The notes under the pieces are model-generated. The model saw only the letters and a list, made by a program, of their open reading frames with translations. It searched no databases and had not been told where the DNA came from. Both the position numbers and the translations under genes were made by a program. Of a stretch of 64,000 nucleotides of DNA, positions 31,101 through 40,889 are shown in pieces. The stretch's first letter is position 1, and each line of letters begins with the position of its first letter. Source of the stretch: Acetobacterium sp. (GTDB lineage Bacteria; Bacillota; Clostridia; Eubacteriales; Eubacteriaceae); NCBI RefSeq assembly GCF_041752335.1, contig NZ_JBGSHG010000006.1, forward strand, positions 5,737 to 69,736, given 5' to 3'.

Positions 31101-31745
31101 AGATCCCAGAAAAACGCCTAACACAATTGACATCAACACACCAATCACAATAACGATGATCATGGTGGTAACCACGCTATTGGCCTGGACTGTATTGGCG
31201 GTGGCCTTGGCACTGCCATCAGCCAGTTTAAGCTCGACCAGTTTTTCAATTGCATCCTGTTCAGCCCGGGCAGCAATCCCTGATACACCGCTGTCAGCCA
31301 TCAGTGCAAAAGCCTGGGCATCCTGATTTTGATTCGCTAACGCAATCAATTCTGTAATCGAGCCTTTATAATTTTTTCGGGCCTCGACAAATTCATCAAA
31401 GGCAGTCCGCATTTCATCGGAAACAATCCGGCTTTCAAATTCAGCTGTCAGGGTATCCAATTCAGCTTGACGTTCTGCAATTTTATCTGCATTCTCTTTA
31501 ATAACTACCGGGTCATTGGCAATGATCATATCCCGGATATTAACCCGCATCCGTTGAAAAGCCGTTGATATATGACCTGCCTGAGATATAGGCACTGTCA
31601 TATTTTCATATAATTCAGTATCCGACTGATCTAATGCCTTAATATTTGTTATTCCCACAACCCCTACAATCGTAACAATAATTGCCATGATAACAAATCC
31701 AGTCAATAACTTGGCTTTAATCTTCATGTTTGCAAACGTTTTCAT
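28155..31745 (-). CDS. Methyl-accepting chemotaxis protein with 4-helix-bundle sensor and poly-HAMP array
   Basis: Two TMs, tandem 91-aa repeats, [20 protein letters not shown] signalling tip; GGAGG RBS. Confidence 0.93.
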   Translation of the reverse strand: MKTFANMKIKAKLLTGFVIMAIIVTIVGVVGITNIKALDQSDTELYENMTVPISQAGHISTAFQRMRVNIRDMIIANDPVVIKENADKIAERQAELDTLTAEFESRIVSDEMRTAFDEFVEARKNYKGSITELIALANQNQDAQAFALMADSGVSGIAARAEQDAIEKLVELKLADGSAKATANTVQANSVVTTMIIVIVIGVLMSIVLGVFLGSAISKPLKKAAAMLKEMSMGHLGMRLKMDSKDEIGEMAISMDSFADDLQNVVIGTMKQISRGDVSANIEIRDEQDEINPALKETIETIRGLIVEANMLSQAAVAGQLDTRGNADAFNGGYKEIVEGVNNTLDAVVGPLNVAAEYVERISKGDIPPKITDSYNGDFNEIKNNLNTCIDAVTALVDDAAMLSLAGIEGRLDTRADASKHGGDFAKIVDGVNNTLDAVIGPLNVAAEYVDRISKGDIPPKITDSYNGDFNEIKNNLNTCIDAITALVEDAAHLAQAGIAGQLDTRADASKHGGDFAKIVDGVNNTLDAVIGPLNVAAEYVDRISKGDIPPKITDDYNGDFNEIKNNLNTCIDAVTALVDDAAMLSLAGIEGRLDTRADATRHEGDFAKIVDGVNNTLDAVIGPLNVAAEYVDRISKGDIPPKITDSYNGDFNEIKNNLNTCIDAITALVDDAAHLAQAGIAGQLDTRADASKHGGDFAKIVDGVNNTLDAVIGPLNVAAEYVDRISKGDIPPKITDDYNGDFNEIKNNLNTCIDAITALVDDAAHLAQAGIAGQLDTRADASKHHGDFAKIVEGVNHTLDAVIEPINEASITLKELANGNLNTSMKGQYKGDHALIKEDMNRTVNSLNRYVKEITGTLEQMGRGNLDQEIKSDYQGAFLDIKIALNDITSQLSATMADIDEAAGQVEAGARQISDGGQALSQGTTEQASSIEQINASISEVAEETKKNAVNANAANELAVEVRTNAEVGNGQMDEMVSAMIEINESSQNISKIIKVIDDIAFQTNILALNAAVEAARAGQHGKGFAVVAEEVRTLAARSAEAAKETTGLIEGSINKVEIGTKIADQTAISLKEILSEIERVADLVENIAHASNEQASEIAQITQAINQVSQVVQTNSATAEESAAASEELSSQSEILMEMVGAFQLKENPNKRNQETGGSKRIMSPVSKPVEPKIVLNDMEYGEIKVDSVRLDKY
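29340..30785 (-). repeat. Five near-identical 273-bp intragenic tandem repeats plus a partial copy
   Basis: GCCACGTTCAGCGGTCC recurs at 29590, 29863, 30136, 30409, 30682. Confidence 0.92.
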
Positions 31746-31797
31746 AGAACCTCCTATGATTCCCTTTATTTTATAATTTTGGCTTGACTTCCTTTTT

Positions 31798-32385
31798 CTA
31801 ACTCTTAGCATTGTTAAGTGAATTTAATAATACTTTTTTACACTCCCCAATTAAGGGATCTCCATGACCAAAGTAAATCGTCTCAATTTCTTTTTTTGAA
31901 ATTTCCTCCAATGCATGAATAAATGCTTTTTCATAGGTTGTATCTTTGGTGCGAATCACCAATGGGGTATCTCCTGCGAAGAGAATCTTTTCCTTTTTAC
32001 AATACAAACAAATTGAATCATTGCTGTGCCCCGGGGTATAAATTACCTCAAATTCCTGATCGCCGATTTTCAATCGTTCACCGCCTTTCAAAATGACATC
32101 AACATTTTCCAGCACCGTTGATGCGGCATATGTTTTGGGATTATATCGTTTCTTAATCATCGGGAGAAGGGTCGCATGATCATAATGACTATGTGTCAGC
32201 ACAACTTTTTGAATGCGTTTTTTTCCTACGCCAGTGGATGCCTGATCAATTTTTTCAAAAATAGTCGGATCTCGACCCACGTCTATCAGAGTGTTGACGT
32301 CACTAAGTTTATTCCAGTCACCAGTAACTAAATAAACATTCGAAGTATAAATTTTTCTGCCCACTGATAAATTGATAATTTTCAT
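31798..32385 (-). CDS. MBL-fold metallohydrolase in chemotaxis operon
   Basis: THSHYDH, TPGHS, FAGD, FGHG. Confidence 0.85.
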   Translation of the reverse strand: MKIINLSVGRKIYTSNVYLVTGDWNKLSDVNTLIDVGRDPTIFEKIDQASTGVGKKRIQKVVLTHSHYDHATLLPMIKKRYNPKTYAASTVLENVDVILKGGERLKIGDQEFEVIYTPGHSNDSICLYCKKEKILFAGDTPLVIRTKDTTYEKAFIHALEEISKKEIETIYFGHGDPLIGECKKVLLNSLNNAKS

Positions 32386-32399
32386 GATTCTGTTCCTTT

Positions 32400-33002
32400 T
32401 TACACTTTTTTATATAATTGTGCATTGGAGACAACCGGTTCAAATAAATCTTTTAACTCAACCGGAAGTTTTTGGGTTTGTTCCATCGCCAGATATCCGC
32501 CATCGATGAGGGAATCATGAAACATCCGGATCACAGCGATGCGTTCCTGCTCGTTAAAATGAAGCAAAACATTTTTACATAAAATAAGTCCAAAATCTTG
32601 ACCAATACTGGAAAGGGTCAGCAGATCGTGCTTCTGAAAACTGACAGCCGCTTTGATCTCATCAATCAAACAATAACGATCCTGATTTTCCACCTTGACG
32701 AAGTATTTTTCAAAAATTTCCTTAGGTATCCGTTGCACCTGCTCCCGGGGATACTCGGCCTCATAAATAATCTTGTCGAAAAGATCGCTGCCATCGATAT
32801 CGGTTGCCTGTATTTTTACATTTCTGAAATACATGTGACCGATACGGTCCCGAAGCAGCATCGCCAGAGTATAGGGTTCCGGTCCCATAGCGCAGCCGGC
32901 ATCCCAGATCTTAATCTTCTGTTTTAATCGCAGCGTGGGAATGGCGTGGTCACAAATCATTTCCAGGGTTTGTAAATCTCTAAAAAAGTAAGTAAATGCC
33001 AT
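32400..33002 (-). CDS. cheR: Chemotaxis methyltransferase CheR (short form without N-terminal domain)
   Basis: TYFFRD, IWDAGCAMGPEPYTLAM, ATDID, HDLL, CKNVLLHF. Confidence 0.88.
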   Translation of the reverse strand: MAFTYFFRDLQTLEMICDHAIPTLRLKQKIKIWDAGCAMGPEPYTLAMLLRDRIGHMYFRNVKIQATDIDGSDLFDKIIYEAEYPREQVQRIPKEIFEKYFVKVENQDRYCLIDEIKAAVSFQKHDLLTLSSIGQDFGLILCKNVLLHFNEQERIAVIRMFHDSLIDGGYLAMEQTQKLPVELKDLFEPVVSNAQLYKKV

Positions 33003-33256
33003 TGTGTCTCCTTTTTCATGTATACATTAAATCCAATGATATTAAAATAAGCAATGCCAGCTTCCCCTGAAACTCATATGATTTCAGAATTTTTAGCTGC
33101 ATTGCTGATATTTATACCACTATTTTCTTGACTCAAACATTTTTTTTGTTACAGATTACCCCTTCTGTAACATTGAGATAATCATCTGTGTATCTAGCCT
33201 TCATTATTCTTTTTTTATGTCTCCGCTTGATCAGCCTTTGAGACTGATCAACTCTA

Positions 33257-34012
33257 CTATTTCGGCTTTGTCATCCCATAGATATCATAGATTTCCTGGG
33301 TATATTCGCCCTTTTCCTGATAAACAATCAATGGCGCATCGGTTTTTAAGCCTGGTTTACCGCTTTTTCGCCCTTCAATCAAGACCAGATTGGCTTCTTT
33401 TTTAATGGAAGGGTAAACAAATTGCAGATGCTTGACCTCAATTTTATAAAGACGCATCAGTGAAATAATATCCCCCAGCCGTTCCGGCCGGTGAACTAGA
33501 AACAGGCGTCCCCGATCCTTCAGCATCCGCTTGCTGAAAATGAGAATATCTTCAATGCTGCATAAAATTTCATGCCGGGAAATCGTTTTTGTTTCACAAT
33601 TATTTTTCAGTCCCGCCTGGGCCCGCATATAGGGGGGATTACTGACCACCACATCATAAGTGTTTGGCAAAATCTCATTGCCGGGTTCTTTAATATCCCC
33701 GGCGATGATCCTGATCTGGGCTGATAAACCATTGAGTGCCATACTCCGTCTAGCCATTTCCACCAGCGGTTCCTGTATTTCCAGGCCGGTAATGGAGGCC
33801 GCCTTTGTTTTGCCATAAAGCAATAGCGGAATTATTCCCGTCCCGGTTCCCAAATCGATGATATGGGGAGACCCTTTAAGGCGCCGGGAAACAAACCAGG
33901 ACAGTAATACCGCATCCATGCCAAAACAAAAATAATCCGGATTCTGGATAATCCTCAAATTATTAAGCCCTAAATCCTCGATTCTCTCCCCATTTTTTAG
34001 AAAGTTATCCAC
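33257..34012 (-). CDS. tRNA1(Val) A37 N6-methyltransferase (YabB/TrmN6)
   Basis: FGMDAVLL, DLGTGTG, SNPPY, SRHE, HRPERL. Confidence 0.9.
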   Translation of the reverse strand: MDNFLKNGERIEDLGLNNLRIIQNPDYFCFGMDAVLLSWFVSRRLKGSPHIIDLGTGTGIIPLLLYGKTKAASITGLEIQEPLVEMARRSMALNGLSAQIRIIAGDIKEPGNEILPNTYDVVVSNPPYMRAQAGLKNNCETKTISRHEILCSIEDILIFSKRMLKDRGRLFLVHRPERLGDIISLMRLYKIEVKHLQFVYPSIKKEANLVLIEGRKSGKPGLKTDAPLIVYQEKGEYTQEIYDIYGMTKPK

Positions 34013-34321
34013 AATTAACTCCTCCTATCCACACAATTTTATTATTTTCACCGATAATCAACAGCTTTATCCACAGTTTTGTCGATTCTATCCACTATTT
34101 GTGGATAAGTTTTGTAAATGCTTCACCTTTTCCCGATAACTGCCTAAATCATGGGCTTTTCGGATTATCCTTTTTTCAATCAGACTGTTGATTGTTTTGT
34201 ATAAATTATCCACATATGCACAGCTAAAAGTTGAAACTTTTCATCCCATTATCAGAACCCCATTAACAGGCAGTTTAAACTTCTTTCGCTGTAAATAACA
34301 GGCCCCTTTGGCTGTTGATAA
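34005..34321. promoter_or_regulatory. DnaA-box cluster
   Basis: Perfect TTATCCACA at 34005, 34067, 34206 and TGTGGATAA at 34100; near matches at 34025, 34088, 34214, 34290, 34313. Confidence 0.8.
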
Positions 34322-34532
34322 AATATTTTTTCTGAATTTACTGCCTTTTTTCGATTTCCCCTTTAATGTAAGCAAAATCTTTGCTATAATGTGTAGTTGT
34401 AGAGGACTATTTCTAATTTATTGTAATGATTCCCACGCCTCTAAAAACTCCTTTATCATCCACGATTATGATGATAAAGTCAATGACCAAAAAATATTGC
34501 AATGAAATTATTTGCGAAAGCGATGGATATAT

Positions 34533-36143
34533 ATGAATAATGACAAAATCCAGCCGAGTAAATTGGATATTATTCTCGAAAAAAAACAGAATCTGGATGC
34601 CACCATCCGGGAATGTGAAATACGAATTGATGCAAAGCTTGCTTCACTTATTGATGATGGTTTCATTTCTGCGGAAGTAAAACCTGACATTCTTGAAGCA
34701 GCCATCCAGGATCCCTACCAACCCGGCGAACATTTTCTTTCCGGTGTGGATATCTTGGATGACGATGCTCTGGATCAGGCGGTTCTCAATTCCCGTCCTT
34801 TCGAAACCCCAATCAACAGGCTGGCATTTGATGGCGATCGTCTCACTGATCAATCATCGCATCCCAATGAGTTGGTCGGCTTTTCCACCCCCATCGGCGA
34901 AAGCGAAGATGATGAGGAACTGCCCACCCTTTCAAAAATACTGGGCCGGACCACGCCTTACGCCTATGAATCGGAGCGGACAGCAGCCCTCTCCCAGGTG
35001 TCAAACGAAGCAGCGATAGCCCAACCAGTGCCGCCAAACACCGTTGCTGCGATTCTCAATACCAGTGTTTCAGAAATTGCGGAAGCGCTGTCTCCTCCCG
35101 AAACGGTCCAGGAAGCACAGCGTCCTGATCCATCCCCTGAACTGCTAAAAGCACCGACGATCGAACCGGCAAAACCGATTCTGACTGCCAAAGCACCGAT
35201 TCAGAAAAAACCGCTGCCACCGGGAAAAGAAAAACCGATAAAGACCAAAGCTAAAACGGCCAAACAAAAAAAGACCAAACCAACAAAAAAAGCAAACCAA
35301 TCCCCCCTTAAAAAGCCCAGCTTAACCAATATGGTTCCGCCGGTTGTTTTTTTCTTTATGGGATTAATCGTTTTTGGCGCTTTTCTGATTTTTACCGCTT
35401 CAGAATTTAATTTTATCGATTACAGTGTCGTCTTTATTTTATTCACCTGCCTGATCTTTACCATTGCCATGCCCTATGGCGCCAGTATCTTTTTTATGAT
35501 CCTGCTACTGTGCAGTTATGTGATGTTATCCATCATTTCGGTTTTCTACCTTGATGTGCCATTTAAATTATACCAGCTTGGCTGGCTGGTAGTGATCCCG
35601 ATGATTTTATGGAGTTCTGCCTTATTAATCAGAAAGGTCCGGGAGCTTTTCCATTTCAAAAAAAATCTGGAACAGCAAATTGCTTCCTATGATGATCTGG
35701 AAGAAAGTCCGGGGCTGACGATTGAAAAAGCCTATTACAAGGATCTTAAATATGCTATGGATCGCGCTTCTCGGGGCGAAACCATTCTGACTCTGGAAAT
35801 GATTACGGTTCGCCATCTGGAGGAACTTAAAACCATGAACGGCTCGCGGCTCTGGGACGAAATTCTATATAAAACCTTGAAGATTATTAAAACCCATTGC
35901 TATAGCACCCACCTGATTTATATTCTCGATGGCAGTGTTTTCAGTGTTCTGATGGAAAACACCTCGGTTAAAAATCAAATGCTGATTAATCAGGAGATCA
36001 CCGATGCCTTTAATGCTCTGATATCCGAATATGAAGCCATTGAACCTGATGTGAAGCTCAACATCGCATCAATTCCCTACAGCCGGGATATTACCAATCC
36101 CTTCGATTATCGGGCCCTGGTCTTACGACATCTTAAAAATTAA
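34533..36143 (+). CDS. Hypothetical membrane protein: acidic/Pro-Lys-rich N-terminus, about 4 TMs, degenerate GGDEF-like C-terminus
   Basis: Composition, hydrophobic block, and SPGLT...YILDGSVFSVLMENT resembling a GGDEF fold without the motif. Confidence 0.55.
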   Translation: MNNDKIQPSKLDIILEKKQNLDATIRECEIRIDAKLASLIDDGFISAEVKPDILEAAIQDPYQPGEHFLSGVDILDDDALDQAVLNSRPFETPINRLAFDGDRLTDQSSHPNELVGFSTPIGESEDDEELPTLSKILGRTTPYAYESERTAALSQVSNEAAIAQPVPPNTVAAILNTSVSEIAEALSPPETVQEAQRPDPSPELLKAPTIEPAKPILTAKAPIQKKPLPPGKEKPIKTKAKTAKQKKTKPTKKANQSPLKKPSLTNMVPPVVFFFMGLIVFGAFLIFTASEFNFIDYSVVFILFTCLIFTIAMPYGASIFFMILLLCSYVMLSIISVFYLDVPFKLYQLGWLVVIPMILWSSALLIRKVRELFHFKKNLEQQIASYDDLEESPGLTIEKAYYKDLKYAMDRASRGETILTLEMITVRHLEELKTMNGSRLWDEILYKTLKIIKTHCYSTHLIYILDGSVFSVLMENTSVKNQMLINQEITDAFNALISEYEAIEPDVKLNIASIPYSRDITNPFDYRALVLRHLKN

Positions 36144-36230
36144 AGCAGAAACCGCATGAATGGTTTCTGCTTTTTTATTTCTCTCAATTATATCAACATA
36201 AAAAGGATGTGCTGCAGCACATCCTTTTTA
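36142..36230. terminator. Two terminator hairpins between convergent genes
   Basis: AAAGCAGAAACC...GGTTTCTGCTTT and AAAAGGATGTGC-TGCA-GCACATCCTTTT. Confidence 0.7.
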
Positions 36231-36248
36231 TGTTTTATTCATTTCATT

Positions 36249-37367
36249 TTAATAAACAATATAAGCTTCCAAATTCTGTCGTCCAAACTGAATACAGGCA
36301 TCGTAAGAATCCATATAAATATCAACGATTCCTTCAGTAACAGCACCGCCCCGATCTTCAACCGTATAGGTGGTGCCCATAGCCGGGATGTAAATCTTGG
36401 TACCAAATGGCAGACCGCTCCAGGCTGCTACGGTATGATTGGCCACTGGCATCACACCCGATGCGGTAGCATTTCCGGTTGCCGTATAGGCCGTACACTG
36501 AATGGTCATTTTTACCGCACCTTCGGGAATGGTATTGGTGGCGGTTGTCTGGGCCGGGGTTTCGACCACCGGCGCCGGGACAGCCGCCGGGGTTTCGGTA
36601 ACCGGTGTCTGGACCGGTTCTGGAGTTTGCACAACGGCCGGAGTTTCAGCCACCGGAGCCGGTGTCACAACAACTGCCTTGGTTCCCACTTCGACAATTT
36701 CCGGAATCGGCGCGGTAACAATCTCGTCGTAAATAATTTCACGTTTGACTTCGACGCCGTTTTCATAAAGCACCCGTTCAACCTGACTGGATTCACCATT
36801 AACACCAACCTGAACAACCTTGGTTTTGCCAACTTCCATTTCCGGATCGTCTTTTTTCTGGATCGTATAGGTAATGACCTGTCGGCTTGGCAGTTCATCA
36901 ACCGCAACCCGGATCACGTCAACTTCCTCGACATCTTCTAATGGTGTCGACTTACCGGGTTCCACCCGGTCAAGATCTTTTAGTTCAATCTTATACTCTT
37001 TGAGCAAATCGCCGACTGTTTTAGCTTCAGTCTGATAAATAATGGTTTTCCCGTCAAATGACAGCTCGCCGCTGGCTTTGCTCTTCACTTCGATCGTATC
37101 AACTGTAAACAGCACCGAATTCGTATCCACATCGACGGTATATTGATCGCCCAGTTTTATACCATTGTCTTCCAGCACCTCACCGACATTCTGGAAGATG
37201 CCACCGCTGAGCACTCTTTCCGTGTCATCAACAGTTACCTTGATCTCCTTGGCAAAAACAAAAGAACTGGCGGTTCCCACTACACAGGTAATGATCACGC
37301 TGGCCATCCCTATTTTAAGAATCGACTTTTTTCTTTTGTTAGGGCTGAACTTCTCTTTCTCTATCAT
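36249..37367 (-). CDS. YabE-like cell-wall protein (DUF348, G5 and 3D domains)
   Basis: N-terminal TM, TVGDLL repeats, G5-like GVNG...EIVEVGTK, 3D motif TAY...EDRGGA...IVDIYM. Confidence 0.88.
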   Translation of the reverse strand: MIEKEKFSPNKRKKSILKIGMASVIITCVVGTASSFVFAKEIKVTVDDTERVLSGGIFQNVGEVLEDNGIKLGDQYTVDVDTNSVLFTVDTIEVKSKASGELSFDGKTIIYQTEAKTVGDLLKEYKIELKDLDRVEPGKSTPLEDVEEVDVIRVAVDELPSRQVITYTIQKKDDPEMEVGKTKVVQVGVNGESSQVERVLYENGVEVKREIIYDEIVTAPIPEIVEVGTKAVVVTPAPVAETPAVVQTPEPVQTPVTETPAAVPAPVVETPAQTTATNTIPEGAVKMTIQCTAYTATGNATASGVMPVANHTVAAWSGLPFGTKIYIPAMGTTYTVEDRGGAVTEGIVDIYMDSYDACIQFGRQNLEAYIVY

Positions 37368-37412
37368 AAAACCTCCATTTCCATTTCAATCCTGAGATCG
37401 AAACTCCGTTTC

Positions 37413-37463
37413 GTTACAATTTCTTTACAAATCGATTGTACTTCATTTCCAGATAATTGTCAA
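37413..37463 (-). promoter_or_regulatory. SigA promoter with WalR-type box at the start site
   Basis: Minus strand: TTGACA-17 nt-TACAAT (37463-37435), then TGTAAA-GAAAT-TGTAAC (37429-37413). Confidence 0.6.
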
Positions 37464-37529
37464 GATTAGAATTTACTAATTGACTTTTCTTAATTTTTGA
37501 TTTAAAATATATCTAATTAAAGATAAAAT

Positions 37530-37789
37530 AAACCGTTGATGCGGAGATAACGGTGGAAGATGCACTAACAGAGAGCGAGGTAGGCTGAGAGCCTTGCAGA
37601 ACGCAATCCATCAAATGGACCGCTGAGGGCATGGTCAAAGGCTTAAACCGAGTATTCCATGACGTGACAACTACGTAAGTGTTGAGGAATATGTTAGTAT
37701 TCTGCAGAGGCAGGTTTGATCCTGTGAAAAAAGGTGGCACCACGAGTCGTTATACTCGTCCTTTACATTTAGTTGAGGACGAGTTTTTT
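37530..37789 (+). ncRNA. T-box riboswitch, tryptophan-specific
   Basis: AGAGA and GCTGA stem I motifs, probable TGG specifier at 37616-37618, T-box AAGGTGGCACCACG 37731-37744, terminator ACTCGTCCT/AGGACGAGT-T6. Confidence 0.88.
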
Positions 37790-37847
37790 GTATTTGCAGG
37801 TAAATTCTACCTGTGATGAGTCAACAGCAGAAAGAAAGGAAATTGCC

Positions 37848-39221
37848 ATGAAAAAAATACCTTACAAGATTTATTTAAATGAAGATGAGATGCCGAAATA
37901 CTGGATGAATCTTCGGGCCAAAATGAAGGAGCTGCCTGAGCCTTTTGTAAATCCCGGCACCGGCGAATACTGTACCAAAGAAGAACTGCTGCCAGTATTC
38001 TGCGAGGAACTGGTCGATCAGGAACTGAATACCACTGATGAATACATTGAAATCCCTGAAGAAATCCGTAATTTTTACAAAATGTACCGACCATCGCCCC
38101 TGGTTCGAGCCTATTGTCTGGAAAAAGAGCTGGATACTCCGGCCGAAATCTACTATAAATACGAAGGAACCAACACCTCTGGCTCCCATAAGTTAAACTC
38201 TGCCGCTGCCCAGGCCTATTACGCCAAAAAACAGGGGTTAGCCTCATTAACTACCGAAACTGGTGCCGGACAATGGGGGACTGCCCTGTCGATGGCCTGT
38301 GCCTACTTTAATCTGGACTTATCCGTTTATATGGTTAAGATTTCTGCTGAACAGAAACCCCATCGCCGCGCGGTAATGGAAACCTATGGCGCCAAGGTGA
38401 TTGCCTCCCCATCCAACACCACCAACGCTGGACGCAAAATTCTGGCTGAAACCCCGGACACCAACGGATCGTTGGGCTGCGCCATCAGCGAAGCCATTGA
38501 AGTGGCGGTTACCACCGACAGCTGTAAATATGTTCTGGGCAGCGTCTTAAACCATGTCGGTCTGCACCAGTCCATCATCGGTCTGGAAACCAAAATCGCC
38601 TGCGACAAATATGACATCAAACCGGATATCATCATCGGCTGTGCCGGCGGCGGCTCCAATTTACTGGGTCTGATTGCCCCGTTTATGGCTGACAAAATCG
38701 AAGGCAAGAATGACATCGACTTTGTCGCCATCGAGCCCGCCTCCTGCCCCTCTTTAACCCGGGGACGCTATGCCCTGGACTTTGGCGACACCGGCAAAAC
38801 TACCCCACTGATTCGGATGTACACCCTGGGCAGCGGCTTTATGCCTTCGCCCAACCACGCCGGCGGATTACGCTACCATGGCATGAGCCCAATTATTTCC
38901 AAGCTTTACCACGACGGCTATATCCGCGCTAAATCTTATACCCAGAATGAAGTCTTTGAGGCTGCCACCCAGTTTGCCCGAATTGAAGGGATTCTGCCTG
39001 CCCCCGAATCTGCTCACGCAATTAAAGCCGCCATTGACGAAGCCATGGCCTGCAAAGCCTCCGGGGAAAAGAAAGTCATCGTCTTTGGTTTAACCGGCAC
39101 CGGCTACTTTGATATGACCGCTTACATGAATTACAATGCTGGCAACATGACCGACTATGTTCCCACTGACGAAGATCTTCAAATCGGCTTTGACAGTCTG
39201 CCCCAGATCGAACAAAAATAA
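37848..39221 (+). CDS. trpB: TrpB-like PLP enzyme (TrpB2, tryptophan synthase beta type 2)
   Basis: SGSHKLN, TETGAGQWG, GGGSN, HAGGLRYHG, PAPESAH; T-box leader. Confidence 0.9.
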   Translation: MKKIPYKIYLNEDEMPKYWMNLRAKMKELPEPFVNPGTGEYCTKEELLPVFCEELVDQELNTTDEYIEIPEEIRNFYKMYRPSPLVRAYCLEKELDTPAEIYYKYEGTNTSGSHKLNSAAAQAYYAKKQGLASLTTETGAGQWGTALSMACAYFNLDLSVYMVKISAEQKPHRRAVMETYGAKVIASPSNTTNAGRKILAETPDTNGSLGCAISEAIEVAVTTDSCKYVLGSVLNHVGLHQSIIGLETKIACDKYDIKPDIIIGCAGGGSNLLGLIAPFMADKIEGKNDIDFVAIEPASCPSLTRGRYALDFGDTGKTTPLIRMYTLGSGFMPSPNHAGGLRYHGMSPIISKLYHDGYIRAKSYTQNEVFEAATQFARIEGILPAPESAHAIKAAIDEAMACKASGEKKVIVFGLTGTGYFDMTAYMNYNAGNMTDYVPTDEDLQIGFDSLPQIEQK

Positions 39222-39304
39222 TTATTTACAATTAATTACTTGCAAAACAAAGGCCGCCAGGCAATGGATGATTTCCATTACCGGGCGGCATGTTTTTTTA
39301 CCGA

Positions 39305-40870
39305 CTATCGCAATCGTCCCTGTTTTCTAAGCGCCGCCTTAACGGTGGGATAGAGATCAAAATCGGTATGGGGCAGAAACCGGGCGGCATACATCCGCGA
39401 GATAAAATCCGTAGCAGCTCCAAATTCCAGATATTCGATCCGTTCCTGCAGCATCGCTACTGCTTCCATTTTCTCGCCATTGGTTAACAGCGCATAGGCT
39501 CCATTCAATGAACTGTTTCCCAAGGAAACAAAACGTTCTCGGGGTAAATCGGGATAAAGACCGATAGTGATTGCCGACTCCAGGTTGATGTAAGTCCCAA
39601 AAGCCCCGGAAACATACAGCCGCTCGACATCCATCGGCGCTACCCCGAGCCGTTCTAACAGATAGGCAACCATGGTACTGGCCGCGGCTTTGGTGTCAAT
39701 GAACTGGCTCATATCGCTTTGGGTAAAAAGCAGTTCTTCACCATTGCCGGATTCATCCCGACCGGCGTATAAAACGCCAAACTCCCCATCACGTTTAACA
39801 ATCCGCGGGGATTTCTCGGGATTAAAGCGGCCGGAAAAATCAATCCAACCGCTTAACAGCATCTGAGCAATCAAATCGACAATCCCGGATCCGCAAATAC
39901 CCAGTGGTCGCTGTTCGCCGATGGTTGTCAGCTTGAGCTCATTTTTGGCAATGATGACCGAGTCTACCGCACCTGCAGTGGCCTTCATCCCATTTTTACT
40001 GATGCCGCCTTCCAGTGCCGGTCCGGCAGCGCCGGCTCCAGCCACCAGAAAGCTCTTATTTCCTAACACCATTTCTCCGTTGGTGCCAATATCAATAAAT
40101 AAGCCTAATTCAGCTTTTTCATGAAGGCCGGCCACCAGCAATCCGCTAACGGTATCGCCACCTAAATAGTTGGCCACCGAGGGCATGCAATAAAGATAGC
40201 CACTGGTATTGAGACCGAGATCCTGGACATCCAGATACCCGGTATGGTTAAACACTGGCGCAAAGGGATACTCAAAAATTGGCCAGGGATCAATGCCCAA
40301 TAAAAAGTGGATCATTGTGGTATTACCCGAAACTACCATAATAGAGGATTCCTGAGCATTGATCCCGGACGCTTCTGCCAGCTGCTGTAGCAGCGCATTA
40401 AAGGTGCTGACGGTTGCTTCCTGCACCGCGATGAGATGCTCGGGTTTATTTTTGGCATAAAAGATCCGGCTGAGAATATCATCGCCATACTGAATCTGAT
40501 GGTTTAGGATACTTTCTTCGCCCAATACCCTGCCGGTACTTAAATCCACCATCTTCATGGCCACCGAGGTACTGCCTAAATCTACCGCTACGCCAAAATG
40601 ACGATGCCGCTGATCCCCGGATTCCAGTTCCACCAGCTCCTAGTTAGCGCCATTTTTTACCAGGGTCAGAGTAATCTCCCAATTAGCCTCCCGACACAGC
40701 GGGTATACTTTTTTCAGTAGACGACGGGAAAAACGCACCGCCCCGTATTCCCGGGTCAATGCGTTAAGAATGCGTTCCTGATCACCAATAATATCACCGT
40801 TTCCAGGTGGTGATATTTTTAGAAATAGCTTCCTGGTTAATGCATTAATTTTTTGTTCTCCCATACCCAC
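39305..40870 (-). pseudogene. ASKHA/RACo corrinoid reductive activator interrupted by one in-frame TAG (40640-40642)
   Basis: ORFs 40640-40870 and 39305-40633 are in frame; DLGSTS, DIGTNGE, AAGPALEG, GICGSG, SGAFG, GNSSL motifs. Confidence 0.75.
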
Positions 40871-40889
40871 CTCATTATTTTTGTCTTAT

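Noticed and set aside
36156-36941. 261-aa plus-strand ORF
   Set aside because: Antisense shadow of the YabE-like gene and runs through terminator hairpins
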